Origin: Camelus dromedarius
Lineage: Eukaryota
Reading direction: 5' to 3'
Length of the DNA stretch: 64,000 nt
NCBI RefSeq assembly: GCF_036321535.1
Contig: NC_087437.1
Coordinates: 73,906,001 to 73,970,000, forward strand
Shown: piece after piece, positions 11,841 to 25,151 of the stretch
Position numbering within the stretch: position 1 is the stretch's first letter
Layout of the letters: every line of letters begins with the position of its first letter
Notes under the pieces: model-generated
The model's database searches: none
What the model saw: only the letters and a program-made list of their open reading frames with translations
What the model was told of the DNA's origin: nothing
Position numbers and translations under genes: made by a program

Positions 11841-14800
11841 AATTTTGGTATTGAGAATGGTTTCTGAGGAACAGAGTCTTAAGGATAAGTTTTCTGGAAG
11901 TGGTTTTCTCTAATTCAATTAGATTTAGATTTAAAGGCACTTTCTCAGTGGTCAAGCGGGAACTGGCAGTCCATGCCATGATGTGGCAATAGAGCTGACA
12001 ATATCACCACTGGCTACTTCTAATCAAATACCTGTAAAAGGCAGAGTTATGAGTGATCATCTATTAGATACTTTAGAGCATTTTAATCAAACTTAGAAGT
12101 ATCATAAGATTGGTTAGTAGCTCCTAACTGCACTGGAAAAAGAAAATGCTGAGCTCAGAGTTTCAGATTTCCATTTCACATAAATGACCTGAAGGTTGTT
12201 ATGCATGTCCTGTGAGAAACCCTTATCTCCCATAACCTCAGCACTGACATTGCTGAAAACTGAGTCTAGAGCCTCATCAAGTGATTGGCTGAATTATAAA
12301 ACAAATTGAATTCCCGACCTCATAGGGTACCTGCTATTAAAGTGAGGATATTGATTGTGAAGAAATGGCTTCCTTAGAACTGGAAGGGAGACAACTGGGC
12401 ATATCCTGATGAAGCAGTGGATCTTGAACTCTTAAATTCTACTGAGTCTTCCAAGCCAAGAGAAGCTGCCCTCCCACCCCTGCCTGGGGAGATTAACACT
12501 GCTTTGCCTGAGGAAACTTTAATGGCCTCCCCGAGGAAGCTGCTTTGCCAGATACTACTGACTCTCATCTGGACCCACTGCCACCACCCTTCTTTGTTTC
12601 TATACCCATAACTACTCAAGTCCCAGAATGCTCCTAAAGATGAGGTACAAGTTGAGACTCACGAGCAGATACTACCTTCCCAAAGAACTGCATGAGTTTT
12701 TTGCTTGTTTGTTTTTTAATTTATATAAACAGAAATCTAGGAAATATGTTTGGGAATGGATATTAAGGATGTGAGATAATAGTGGAAGGGATATAAAGTT
12801 GGATCAAACCAAATTTATTGATCTACACCCACTTAGTGGAGATTCTAGATTTGATGCTGCAGCTTGAGGGGTTGCAGAAAGTCCTAATAGTTTGTTTGGT
12901 GGGTGAAACATGGACCCAAAGCTAGTCTACATTAAATGAAATTCAAGTGCCAGGACTGTCTTGGTATCCTGAGGTACCCAAAGGTTTAAGGAGACTGTGA
13001 TGTTAAAGAGGGTTCATCATGTAAGCCGTGCTTATTTACCTAGAAGAGTCCAGAGAACTTACCTTTACCACACTGTGAGGAACGCATTCGTGGGAGAAGC
13101 CCCAGGATCCAGGAAGTGCTCTGTGTTTGTTCTTCTCTGGAGAAATCACAGTGAGAACTGCTATCACTGAACTGGAAAATTTAAATGTGTTGCAAATAAT
13201 TGGATTTCAGATGACAGAGACCAAGATGCAGCACTTAATCAACAAAGACCAGGTGAACTGGTTACTACAATGGACAGCAGAGTCAAAGCAGGGATCAGAT
13301 TAGTCTGACTCACAGAGACCTATGGCATTGGCTAGTTAATCAGGGATTACTTAGAAGTCAACTAGATGTTCAGTCCACCAAATTCTTATATGTATCAGCA
13401 GAAGAGTTCTAGGTCAAGTGAACAGAAGTCTAATCTAAATCATAAAACCAAAGTCACTGATGCTCAATTCATTCCTAGACTTGAGACAATTTACAGACTC
13501 AGAATCCCTTTAATGAAGAAGAGGCAGGGTTCCCTTGAAGGAACTTGCTTCACTGCCAAAAATTACAGTGTTAATCTTTCTTTCAGCTTTCACCAAAGGG
13601 ACCTCTGGCCTTTTATCAGGCTGACAGTTCAGGAGGAAGGAGAATAATCAGAACTTCCATGGATTACTGGACATTGCCTTTGAACTAACTCTAATTTCAT
13701 GAGACCCAAAATGTCACTGTGGTCCACTAGTCAGAGTAGGGGCTTACAGAGATTAGATGATCACTGGCATTTCAGCTTAGATCAGTTTCTCAGTGGGTCC
13801 AGCAGGTCTCTGAACTTGTTCTATGTTTATTTCCCAGGTTCCAGAATAGATCATTGGAATAGACATACTTAGCATCTGACAGAATCCCCACGTGGCTTCC
13901 CTGACTTTTGAAATAAGGGCTTTTATGATAGAAAAGGTCAAGTGGAAGCCAGTAGAACTGCCTGTACTTGGAAAAAATATTAAACCAAAAGCAATACCGC
14001 ATTCCTGATTGGACTGCAAAGGTAAGTGCCACCATCAAGGGCTTGAAATATCCAAGGGGGTGATTCCCACAACATCTATTTGATCTGTATGGAAAAAAAA
14101 AGAATCTTGGAGAATGGCAGTGGATTATTACAAACTTAACCTAATGATGACGCTTAATTACAGTTGCTATTTCAGATATGATTTCATTGCTGGAGCAAAT
14201 TAAAACACCTCCTGGTACCTGGCATGCAGCTACTGATCTGGAAAATACTTTTTACTAATGACCACCAGAGAAGTTTGCTATCAGCTGGTAAGACCAGCAA
14301 TATATCTTCACTGAAGAATAAATTAACTGCCTATCCTGTCAGAGTTTAATTTCCAGAGAACTTGATCATTTTTCCCTTTGACAAAACAACCTAATCATCC
14401 ATTACATTGTTACGCTGACTGAATCTAGTGAGCAGAAGTAGTAACTACTGTAGCATATTAGCAAGTGTGTGTCATTTGTGTGTCAGGGGTGGGAGATAAA
14501 TCCAACAGAAGCTTTAGGATCTTCCACTTCAGTGAAATGTCTAGGGGGTATGGCTGAACAGGGTTTGTTGAAACATTTCTTCTAGCATGAAGGATATGTT
14601 GTTATATTTAGCTCCTTGTACAACAAAAGACAAAGCTTAATGTCAGGTGGACTTCTTTGGATTTTGGCAGCAACCTATTCCTCATGTGGGTGTTCTACTG
14701 GGTGTTAGTGGTTACCAAGTGACCCCAAAAGTTGCCAGCTTTGAGTGGGGCTCAGAAGAAGAGAAGGATCAGCAATGGTCCAGGATGCCATGCAAGCCAC

Positions 14801-17035
14801 TCTACCACTTGTTCAAAGGATCCAATAGATCTGATGGTTCTTGAAGTGTCACTGGCATATAGAGATGCCATAAGGCCTTTGGCAGGTTTCTGTAGACGAG
14901 TCGCAGCTCAGATCCTTGGACTTTGGACAGAAGCCTTACCATCCTTGGTGGATAATGATTCTCCTTTTGAGAAACAGCTTTTTGTTTGCTAGTGGGCCTT
15001 ATTAGAGACTGACCACTTAACCATGGACCGCCAAATTACCATGTAACTTGAACTTCCCATCATAAACTGAGTATTGTCTGATACACTAAACATAAAGTTA
15101 GGTGTTTTATGTTTAGTTAGGTGTGTGTAGCACTACTGTATTATTAAATGGAAGAGGTATAGTCAAGAGTCTTAATCTTGAGCAGGGACTGAAGGCTAAG
15201 TAACATGAGAAAGTGGCCCAAATGCCATGACACCTACTTCTGCTATGTACCTTTCTGTCCCAGCCCACGTCTATGGCTCCAAGAGAGGTTACCTACTACC
15301 AGTCAACTGAGGAAGAGAATACTTGGACCTGGTTTACAGATGGTTATATACAACATGCAAGCACCACCTGAAAGTGTACAGCTGCAGCATTGCATCTCCT
15401 TCCTGGGACATCCCTAGAGGACAGAGGTGAGGTGAAATTCTCTCAGTGGACAGGACTTGGAGCAGTGTACCTTGTTGTTCATTTTGTTTGGAAAGGCAAA
15501 TGTTGAGAAGTGCATGTCCATAGCGCTCAGTAAGCTGTTGTCAATGATTTGGCTTGATAGTAAGGGGTTTAAAAGGAATATAATTGGAAAATTGGTGACA
15601 AGGAGGTCTGTGGTGACTCATGCAAATAGACCTCCCTGAATGGGCAAAAAAAAAAAGTGAAGATATTTCGTCCTATCTGAATTCACTAAGCAGAGACAAA
15701 CTTTAATAATCAAGTGGATAGGATGGCTCATTCTGTGGATATGAGTGGGGCTCTTTCCCCAGCCACTCCTGTCATCACCCAGTGGGTTCATTAATAAAGT
15801 GCCAGGGATGGAGATTCTGTACGAGCTCAGCAACACAGGCTTCCATTCACCAAGGCCGACCAATGGCTGCTGTTGAATGCTCAGCAGAGACCAACACTGA
15901 GTTGAGCAGGGACTCAACACTGAGTCCCTGATATGGCAGTGGTTCCTGGAATGATCCAGCCACCCAATTGGGGGCAAGTGGATTACACTGAGCCTCTTCC
16001 ATCAAGGAAAGGGCACCAGTTTCTTCTTACTGGAAGAGACACTTGTTCTGGATACAAATTTCCTTTCCCCAAATGCAATGCTTCTGCCAAACTGTTATCT
16101 GTGCACTTACACATAATGCCTTATCCAACATCAGCATCAGGTAACCCACACAGCATTGCTTCTGATCAAGGATCTCATTTCATAGCAAATGAAGTGTAGC
16201 AATGGGCCCATGAAAATTCACTGATCTTACAATATTTCCAACATCCTGAAGCAGCTGGCCTGATGATGGTATGAAGATGGTAAAATGTTGGTATGGCCTT
16301 TTGAAGACTCATTTTCAGTGCCATCAGGTGGTGATATCTTTCAGGTTTACTCTAAATCTGTGGCTAATGTATGATAGTGTTTCTGCCACAGACAGGACTC
16401 ACAGGATCAGGAGTCAAGAAGTGTAATGGAAGTGGGACCACTCACTATTCCCCTACTGATCCACAAGCAACATTTGTGCTTCTTTTCCCCACAGCCTTAT
16501 GCTCTGCTGGTCTAGAGGTCTTAGTTTCAAAGGGAGGGATGCTTCCACCAGGAGACACGGTGATTCCATTGAACTGGTAATTAAGACTGCCACCCAACCA
16601 TTTTGAGTTCTTCATGTCTCTGAATCAACAGGCAAAGAAGGGAGTTCATGTACTTGCTGGGATAATTGATCCTGAATACCAAGGGAAAGCTGGGCTCTTA
16701 CTACAAAAGGTGATAAGGAAGAATACGTCTGATTCACAGCCGAACCCTTAGGGTGTCCTTTAGTATAACCGCATCCTGTGATTAAAGTTAGTTGGAAACT
16801 ACAACAACCCAATTCAAGCAGGACTGCTAATGATCCAGGCTCTTCAGGAATAAAGGTCTAGGTCAGCCCAACAGGCGAAGAACCATAACCAGCCGAGATG
16901 CTTGCTGAGGGAAAAGGGAATATGTAATGGATACTGGGAGAATGTAGTTGTTAAGTATAGCCTATGACTATGTAATTAGTCATAGAAATGAGGACTATAA
17001 TATTATGAATATTGTTTATTTTCTTATGAACATGC
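11841..17035 (+). mobile_element. Decayed ERV-L internal region (gag, protease, RT, RNase H, integrase, dUTPase)
   Basis: WRMAVDYYKLN (RT, ~14108), GFWQQPIPH, SFEWGSE, SPFEKQL, WGQVDYTEPLPS/IASDQGSHF (integrase), SAGLEVLVSKGGMLPPGDT (dUTPase after integrase, the ERV-L order); many stops and frameshifts. Confidence 0.93.

Positions 17036-17036
<1 letters not shown>

Positions 17037-17064
<28 letters not shown>
17037..17064. repeat. (TG)n microsatellite
   Basis: Directly visible. Confidence 0.95.
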
Positions 17065-17068
<4 letters not shown>

Positions 17069-17145
17069 TGTACAGCACACAAAGTAGCCAAATTACTTAT
17101 GCAATCTACATGTTCTTCCTACTTCTTCCAGTTAAATAATTTTAC

Positions 17146-17995
17146 CTTCCACGGCATGGAGGATTTTTTCACACTGTCTTTAAAGCAAATAACCAGTTGA
17201 TTTTTTAAAAAATTTCTTTTGTTTTAGGGAAGGAGTGAACACTAAAAAAAATACCATTTAGTATTTAGGGAAAAAAACTATTTTTTTCTTTCACTCCAGC
17301 TACTGCTTCCTGTGTGTACGTGTGTTTGCATCATCAGTTCATGGACTGTGAAGGAGCTTGCTGAAACTTGAGCCTCTTGGATACAATTACTGCTAGATTT
17401 TTTAAATCATGGTTGAGGGATAGGCAAAAGATTATTTACATTTCTTCACTAAGGAGCTTAGATTTTCACAATCTAGGGGTGATCTGTAAACTTCACAAAA
17501 CATGACAGAAGGGATTTTAACATCACATTAGAGTCTGCCCATTCTGAGCTGAGCCTCTGGGGCTGAAATCACAGCCAGGATTCTAGGATGTGCAGAATCG
17601 GACCAGGGCATGGATGATTATTGCCGCCTCTTGGATGCTGCAGGGCACGGGTTCTCTGCACGTAGAGGGCTGTCAGCATTTGCAAAGGGTCCCCTTCCAT
17701 GGCAAGTGGTGGTAAAGACCAAAGAAGCACGCTGTGGTGGACACTACACTCTGTTTAAGAGATACAAAAACTCCCCACCATCATGCTTTTTTTGATGTGC
17801 TATCTTTAAATGTAATTAAGTTTGTGGGACAGCAAGGGTAATTCTTTAACAGGAAACCATTATGGGAATTTTCACCTGACCTGTGGGGCTGCTCCTGATA
17901 AGTCAGAAATGCTTCTTTGAAAAGAGCTCTTGTTTCCATTTTCCCCCTTGATTTAGATAAATCACTGAGCACTGAGAACACCCTGGCTTGCAGGG
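17146..17995 (-). pseudogene. Possible large pseudo-exon (or a shorter exon ending near 17876)
   Basis: catttcag|CC phase-1 frame LQARVFSVLSDLSKSRGKMETRALFKEAFLTYQEQPHR; distal donor TGGAAG|gtaaaa after KNQLVICFKDSVKKSSMPWK (phase 0, fits the 3047 exon). Confidence 0.4.
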
Positions 17996-18558
17996 CTGAA
18001 ATGATCATGTTTTTTTAAATTCTCACCCATTAAAATCACCTGGGCTCACTTTGTGACCACAGGCTCACATTTACACCCCTGTATTCATGCCTTTCTTCAT
18101 AGGAGGTTTCTGGGTTTGGGGCATCTAAAAATGTTTTAATTATTCAGCAGGGAATCTCTGGGCTCCCTAGTGATAGGAAAAGCTGACGTGCTGTGTTGCA
18201 AGTGAAAATCCTCAGACTAGGTATGTAAATGATTAAGAGTCTACCTCCGTGACTCACTTCTAAATCTAGTCTTTCTTTTTTAATTTTTGGCACTTCAAAT
18301 GCGGCATATTCCACTAGTCCAACAGTACTATGACATTTGTGATCAGATTTTGAAAGGATTGCCACTGGCAAGATTTTTTTCTTCTCCTTGATATATTTTT
18401 CTTATAGTTTTTCCAAATGGTAACATGAATGACTGTCTCTAGAAGCTTGAAATGCTTCCAAATGAATGTGACCTTTCTATAAGCCCATAAGAAAACCTGA
18501 ATAAAAACATTTTATCTTTGTACCTTGCTGGTTCCTGTTTCCTTCTAAAAATACATAC

Positions 18559-18749
18559 AAGCTGAGAACCTTCAATCGACACCGACTGCGTGCAATTCCT
18601 GTCCTAGACTGAGTCCAGAGAGATAGTGTGAGTGGGTCCTGGTGTCATTAACATTTGGATTCTCAGGAAAAATTTTTAACTGATGCTTGTTGATTACATG
18701 TAACTTCTGTTCTGGTGCCAGTGTAAATCCATAAACTTTCCTTCAGAAT
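18559..18749 (-). pseudogene. Possible pseudo-exon, 191 nt
   Basis: Weak acceptor ctgatcactag|, donor CTT|gtatgt; ~55-codon open run KVYGFTLAPEQKLHVINKHQLKIFPENPNVNDTRTHSHYLSGLSLGQELHAVGVD. Confidence 0.45.
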
Positions 18750-19163
18750 CTAGTGATCAGTTTTCATTTACTTTTTCATTTGCTAATATTTATTGAACAT
18801 TCCACAGCACACACAGGGCAAAGTGCTAATGATGGCTGAAGGTCATCTCTGCCCTCAGGCCCACAATTTACAGAATGCATCTCTCTAAGTGCCCAGCATG
18901 TGTTCTCTTTAGGGGAAACTATCCCATCTTTCACCATTTTTTAATGGAGGAAAATTAAATGTTATTTTTAGTAAAATTAAAAACATGTTTATTAAAAATA
19001 AAATAACACTTTATCTTTCTCCTATGTCTCCAATTATAACATTGAGATAACGTGTTTCGCCTAGCCCAGGGTGACTAAAGAATTTTTAGCGTCATTCTCA
19101 GACACCTTCGTCTATAAGCACGAAGTACATGATGAAGTTGCTATATAGACAACAAACGCTTAC

Positions 19164-19275
19164 GTTGGCTCCTGGCACATGATAAGCCAGCAATTCTGCA
19201 ATTCTTGTTCTCTACTTTGCCTTGAGAGTCTCCAGTCATGTAGTCATAAACTGTCTGTCCTGGTAACCAGAAGGA
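19164..19275 (-). pseudogene. Pseudo-exon, 112 nt (alternative acceptor at 19259)
   Basis: tatgttttctacaaccag|TCC...CAAC|gtaagc; open frame SFWLPGQTVYDYMTGDSQGKVENKNCRIAGLSCARSQ. Confidence 0.55.
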
Positions 19276-20337
19276 CTGGTTGTAGAAAACATAGATAATG
19301 GCGGTCTTGTGCCAACCAACGTAAAGACAGAAGAATGGTCTGAGAGGAAGAGCACGTGAGAAAAAACAGTATGAGAAAGTATTCTCAGAAGGATGAGCTT
19401 GTCGGGGCTCCTTTCTGTGAAATTCCACTGGGAAACATGTTAAATTTGATGAATGATTCACCTATATCCACTCAATTTCACAATATATGAATTTCTTTTT
19501 ACTTCAAATTTAATTTAATTGGTAATATTAGGTAGATTTATTGCATATCGTCTATGGTCTTAAAAATTTTTTTTTACAATAACCGTGGTGGGTGGGTTTA
19601 GTATTTCTGTTCAGGCAACCAGGACTCAGCAAGAGTCTTGCACAAGACGGCACTGCCTTCACCTAGTGCCGCTGGTTGAGACACTCTTGCTCCTAGACTG
19701 TGCTAACTGGCTGGGGTCAAAACTTAATTTTGACTCATGGCATTATTTTTTAGTAAACAGTAGCACAATTTTGAGATAACATATTTAATGTTCCATATTT
19801 CCTTTAAAGTTCTATGAAAAGTTTCAACTCTTTGCCAGCAAAGGTAACTCAGAATAAAGGGCTTGGTAAGTGACTTTTGCTGTTGTTGCTGCTAATCCAC
19901 AGTGATGAACGGTTGGAGATTCTTTATGTTCAGTGTTTACTCTATTTACACCCTGTGCTTATGCTTTGTATTTGGTGGGCTAACCATTCTTTAAGAATAA
20001 ACACCAATCTCTATATTGTTTTGTATGTGTTGTTTTTGTTTTTGTTTTTAATATTGGCAGGAAGACCTTGGAGGAAATAGGGGAGAAGAAACTTGGAGGT
20101 GATGCTGAAAAGAAACCATGAAGAATTTTCTTTCTGGATTAGAAGATGTATGTAGGATATCATAGACAATTTTTAAAGGACTTCATAATGAAATCACTGG
20201 CAATGAGAAAATCCTAAAATGGTAAATTTGCAATGAGTCAAGCCTTTGAGCCAAAACCAAGAGCAAATAAAGATACAGAATCCAGCTTATAAAATGGCAC
20301 CAGAGTCTTACTGGACCAGGTCCAGGTACTTTCCTAC

Positions 20338-20407
20338 CTTCTTTTTGTATCATCTTTGAGATAACTAGCGATGGCATTCCTGTTGAAAATCCTCAAGAGA
20401 GATGGAG
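20338..20407 (-). pseudogene. Possible pseudo-exon, 70 nt
   Basis: caaatttcag|CT...AGAAG|gtagga; open frame PSLLRIFNRNAIASYLKDDTKR. Confidence 0.4.
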
Positions 20408-21579
20408 CTGAAATTTGATGTACCATTTTCTTAAAATGAAATATCTTTCATCCCCTAGTGATAAGAATCACTGCAGATTTTAGGCCATCTAGTGTGGTCT
20501 ATTATTCAAATGCACTTGGTGAAGGTTTATCAAATATAAAGAGACCATAGAATAACTCAGGCTCTTTGTGGCAAGGGCTTCTCCAACCACAGATATCACA
20601 CACCACCACAACTCTACGTGAGCCTGTCAGGCCCCTGAGCATGTAGCCATTTCCTGTCTCCTTCCTCTGTGCTCATCTATGTTAGTGAGACACATTTGGT
20701 ACAGAAAATTTAACTCAATCCACACAAGTCAATTAAACTAACGTTAATTGGGTTTTCATAGTTGCGTATCAAGCCTTTGGTAAAGGAAAAATCAAATGTT
20801 CAGAAATAATCCAAATTAAGGTGGGAAAGTAAAGTTTACAACAAAATTATGGATTTTGATTTCTTGGAAGGTACAAGCTGCTTGAAAAGATGGTGACTGA
20901 TTACTGATGGGTTATTTTGCGTTGGTTGTCATTAGCTCCCAAACTAAAACAGCAGCAAGTTAAAGAGGCTTTATTCTTTGAGCTTGGTGAGCAACACGGT
21001 TATGCCTTCAAAACAAAGATTGTATTTGTTCTGGCTCAAGTATGCTTAATTAGATAATAGGCATCATTGGCAATGTTGTGACTAAATTGGGAAATTGAAA
21101 AACCTGTAATATGCCGTCCCACATGAAGCTCCACAGAAAGAGAGATAATTTGAAATAAGTTGACTCCAATTTAGAACCAATCAGCAAAAACAATTTAAAT
21201 GGTTATTACATGATTAAAGTAAGTTGTCTGAATGGTATATTTCCAGGTCTGCTAGGCCACTAACCTTAACTTTTAAACTGTGAGGGATCCAGGTGTAACA
21301 TGTAGAATAAGCAGACAGAAAAGATAGTCCTTCAACCTAGGTAAACACTCTGAGGTAAGAGATCTGCTTGTATGATCTACCCAGTTACTGTTATAAACAT
21401 CAGAACCTATTCTGTATCTTTACAGTTCAACTCAAGGCTTGTGAATAAGACAAGGTTTATTGAAAATGATTGGAAAGAAAACTATTTACATGTTCTAAAA
21501 CAGTAAACCTATGTGTAACTCTGATTCAATCACGTAATTCAGTCATGCATGCATATAACCTTCAATATAAACATCTACC

Positions 21580-21790
21580 TTAATCATTTGTTCTTTAATT
21601 TATTAAATATCTGTTGGACATCTATTATGTACCAAGTATTGTTCTGAGAACTAGGGTTTCAGTAAATAAGACAGACAAATATCTTTGCCCTGTCAAACAT
21701 ATTTTACCGGACATACAGGTAATAGTAAGCTTAGTAAATAAACACATGGCATAGTATGTTAGGTTGTGTATGCATATTATGATAGAGACA
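21580..21790 (-). mobile_element. L2 3' fragment
   Basis: 'aaatatctgttggacatctattatgtaccaagtattgttctgag...aaataagacagacaaa'. Confidence 0.65.
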
Positions 21791-22019
21791 CAAATCTAGT
21801 AGCAAAAGGAAATAGGCTTTTTCAGGCTTGGATGTACATATCACCATCACTTCAGGTTTGGTCAGAGATGGGAAGATTAATACTGACAGCTGGTTGCAGT
21901 AGCACTATTAAAGTTATTGTCTCCTGGGGATATGGTACAGCCCTGGATGGGACAATTTAGACTAACTGGATAATTGGGGTAATTACATTTACTAAATCAG
22001 CACAATTAAAGCCGAATGT

Positions 22020-22280
22020 TTGTAGAATAACATAGTGAATAAGACGAAAGATTTTAGACTCAAGATGACCATGATTTGAATTCTGCCTTTGTAATTTTAT
22101 AACTATGTGACTTTGTCCAGTTAGTTTATCTCTCTATGCCTTTGTTTCCTCATCTATAAAATTGGAGTTATAACTTCTTCCTCAGAGAAGTGAGGTAATG
22201 ATTTAATGAAACAATGCAGGTAACACATTTAGCATCATGATAGATACATAAAACATATTTGATAAATAGCAGATAACATC
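22020..22280 (+). mobile_element. MIR
   Basis: 'ctatgtgactttg...tttcctcatctataaaattggag' core. Confidence 0.8.
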
Positions 22281-22299
22281 ATTTTGTGTCTTCTAAAGG

Positions 22300-22445
22300 G
22301 ATTTCAGAAATGGAAACCATTTGTACGACCAGCTAATTTAATCTAATCATATTATAGGGAGAGGAAACTGAGGGCCAGATAAGTGAAATGAGCTGTCCAG
22401 GACCACAAAGCTAAGCATAGAGGCAGACCTAGTTTCTACCAATTA
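22300..22445 (-). mobile_element. MIR fragment
   Basis: 'gaggaaactgagggccagataagtgaaatgagctgtccaggaccacaaagct'. Confidence 0.7.
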
Positions 22446-23149
22446 CCAAACTCCAGAACAATGTGGCCATACTTGGACATACTTGGGCATTTTCAAAGCA
22501 CCCAAAATATCATTCCTTATATTTATGGAAAGAGTAAGGGCTGTCACAGCTTAAGTAAACACGCCCTTCAGGAGCTCAACATCCAGTTTCCCAGTACTGT
22601 TCCAAGCTCAGTTTCTACTCCTTAAGTTAATTATTGCCGAGTTATTGACTTAGACTTACTTTGCGGTCATCTCAACTGCTGAAGAGATGTGCTGTGCTAT
22701 ACTTTGATTAAAATGGGGATATAAATATGCCATTAATATCTGAAGCCATAAATGTATTACATTTTAAAAATACATTGCTTTTAGAATGTGAAGTGTTGAT
22801 TTAACGTACTTATATTTACTGCAATGGCATAAATTAAAGCAATGATTCCTATGTCCCTCAAATATAATAATTTAACAGAAGAATGCCAATTCCGATGGTA
22901 ATAGAACTCTACAATTTACTCTAGTCAGGGAACTGAAGTCAGAGTGAGGTAAATGATGGGGAAAACATGCCAACAGAGCACATAAGAGAAGTGAAAAGAG
23001 TGGAAAAGCAAAGTCTGCTTTGTCCCCCAGGATTCTTAGGTATTCTAGTGCTACAGACAAATCTGCGAAATGGCAGCACAAATCCCCAGCTCACTTGAAA
23101 GAATGATGAACGGTGATTATCGTGATACCTTTTCCCCACTGATTCCAAA

Positions 23150-24590
23150 CAAGGACATTTTGGGCGTTTCTTTCCTGACTTTTGTTGTTTTCTTGGATTA
23201 GTTAGGACTTCTAGTAACAGAACTGAATAGAAATAATGACCTCTGGCAGTCTTTTCCTCTCCTCACCTAATGATCATGCCTCTGAATTTTCACCATTAAA
23301 TTTTATATTTCCTATAGTTTTGTTTTTTTTAAACAGCAGAAATTATTCTCTCAGTCTGGAAGCCAAAAGTCCAAAAACAAGATGTGGTGTGTGGCAGGGC
23401 CTTGCTTCCTCCGAAGACTCAAGGGGAGATTCTGTTCCTTGCTTCTTCCAGCTCCTGGTAGCTCCAGGCATTCCTTGGCTTGTGACAGCATCACTCCAAC
23501 CTCTGCTCCTTGATAACATTGCCTCTTCCTCTTCTCTGTCAAATATTCCCTGTGTACCTCTTATGAGGATACTTGTCTTTGAATTTAGTATCTACTGATA
23601 ATCCAGGATAATCTGTTCATTTGAAATTCCTTAATTTAATTATATATGAAAAGACTTCTTTCCCAAATGAGGTACACTTACTGGTTCCAGAAATTAGGAG
23701 GCTGACATATCTTTTGGAGAGCCAAATTTTGTTTCAGTTACTAAAAACATTTTGTTTTTGTGTTCAGTTTGGTGAGATTAAATGAATGTAACCATAGAAG
23801 GCACTAGAGCCAAAGTGCTGTAAACATCAATGTCAGAGTCAGGCGGACCTGGGTTTGAATTGCAGCATCCATCAGCTTCTGGCTGTGTGTCATCAGGAAA
23901 CTAATTTCAACTCCCTGAATCTCAGACACCTCATCTATAAGATGCACATGATAATTTCTATCTCATAGGATTCTTGTAAAAATGAAAAGAGATAATATGA
24001 AGTCCTTGGTACCATGTCTAGAAAACAGAAGTGGTCAGTAAAACACGTCTATAGTAATATTGCAGTTCTTAAACATGGTAATATTAATAGTTGAATTTGT
24101 GTTGAAGTATTCAAAGTAGATTTGTAAATAATTTCAGTGTATGCTGATATGACATAATTATTTGTATTTTTCCACACTTATTCTTTTAAAATGTGTGTAT
24201 ATAGTGCTAAAATAGACAATGTAAAACGTACCATTTTAACCATTTTTAAGTGTACAGTTATGCAACCCTATAGGTTGTGTTTTGGGTTTTTTTGTTCATT
24301 TGTTTTTACACTGATTTTATTTTATTTATTTTTTAATTGAAGTATAGTTGATTTACAAGTTATGTTCATCCCTACAGGTTTTTAATGGGTATTCTCTAGT
24401 CCCTTTCATTCTGACTTTGCTACATTGATTGAATATTAAGAATTGATGTTATTATCAAATGGCTTTTCTTCATCTACTAAGGTAGTCATACATTTATTCT
24501 TTTATATTCTGTTAAAATGGACATATTTTAAATTATATTTTTTATTTGAAATGACTGTGCATTTCTAGAATAGCTCAGTATTTTCATTGG
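23150..24590 (-). mobile_element. Old L1M fragment interrupted by an MLT1 LTR (~23310-23725, -), a MIR (~23830-24060, +) and short L1 3' ends (~24200-24365)
   Basis: 'taggacttctagtaacagaactgaatagaaat', 'tcaaatggcttttcttcatctact'; MLT1 'cttcttccagctcctggtagctccaggcattccttggcttgtg'. Confidence 0.7.
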
Positions 24591-24923
24591 GAAATTTATC
24601 CAGCACACAAATGTACAGAGTTGTCAAATAGAGAAAGAATTTAGACCGAAGTGTAGACTAAAGGGAGGACCACATTTTAACAACACATATGAAAAGAAGA
24701 AAGAAAAAAGTAAACTACATCTCTAAGTCATTTGAAAATTTCTTACATAAGCATATTGATTTATTAAATTTCAATAAAAAGTATCAGTCAGTGCATATCA
24801 TTTCTCACAAGTTTTGCAGTTCTCAAAGCAAAAACCTCTATAATCACCTGGATTCATTCTACAAATATTTTATTGTCAAGGTAGGTACATTCCCAGACTT
24901 AATAAAAACATCCTTTTGCTTAC

Positions 24924-25151
24924 TGTGACCATTATTAGCCCTCAGTGTGTCTGTTCTACCCACTAGCTTGTGCTATTTTGAGAGACGCTGGGATAGTTTC
25001 CAGCTGTTGGTTCTTCCATCCTGATTGACATTTGAGTGCTTTCTCAGACCGTATGTACAAGATGATGCTGAGTTATCTTAGCAGGGGAAAGTCAAATCAG
25101 TTATCTTAGAGCACACAAAAGCAAAGCAAGATTTCTTCCAGTTAAATTTTG
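24924..25151 (-). pseudogene. Pseudo-exon, 228 nt, symmetric
   Basis: gtgcattttttcag|CA...CACA|gtaagc; phase-1 frame KFNWKKSCFAFVCSKITDLTFPC*...RANNGH with 2 stops. Confidence 0.5.

Noticed and set aside
11841..17035. Domesticated ERV-L gene (Fv1-like gag)
   Set aside because: Every retroviral frame is broken into fragments under ~100 codons.
23236..23598. 120-aa ORF
   Set aside because: Spans L1 and MLT1 repeat sequence.
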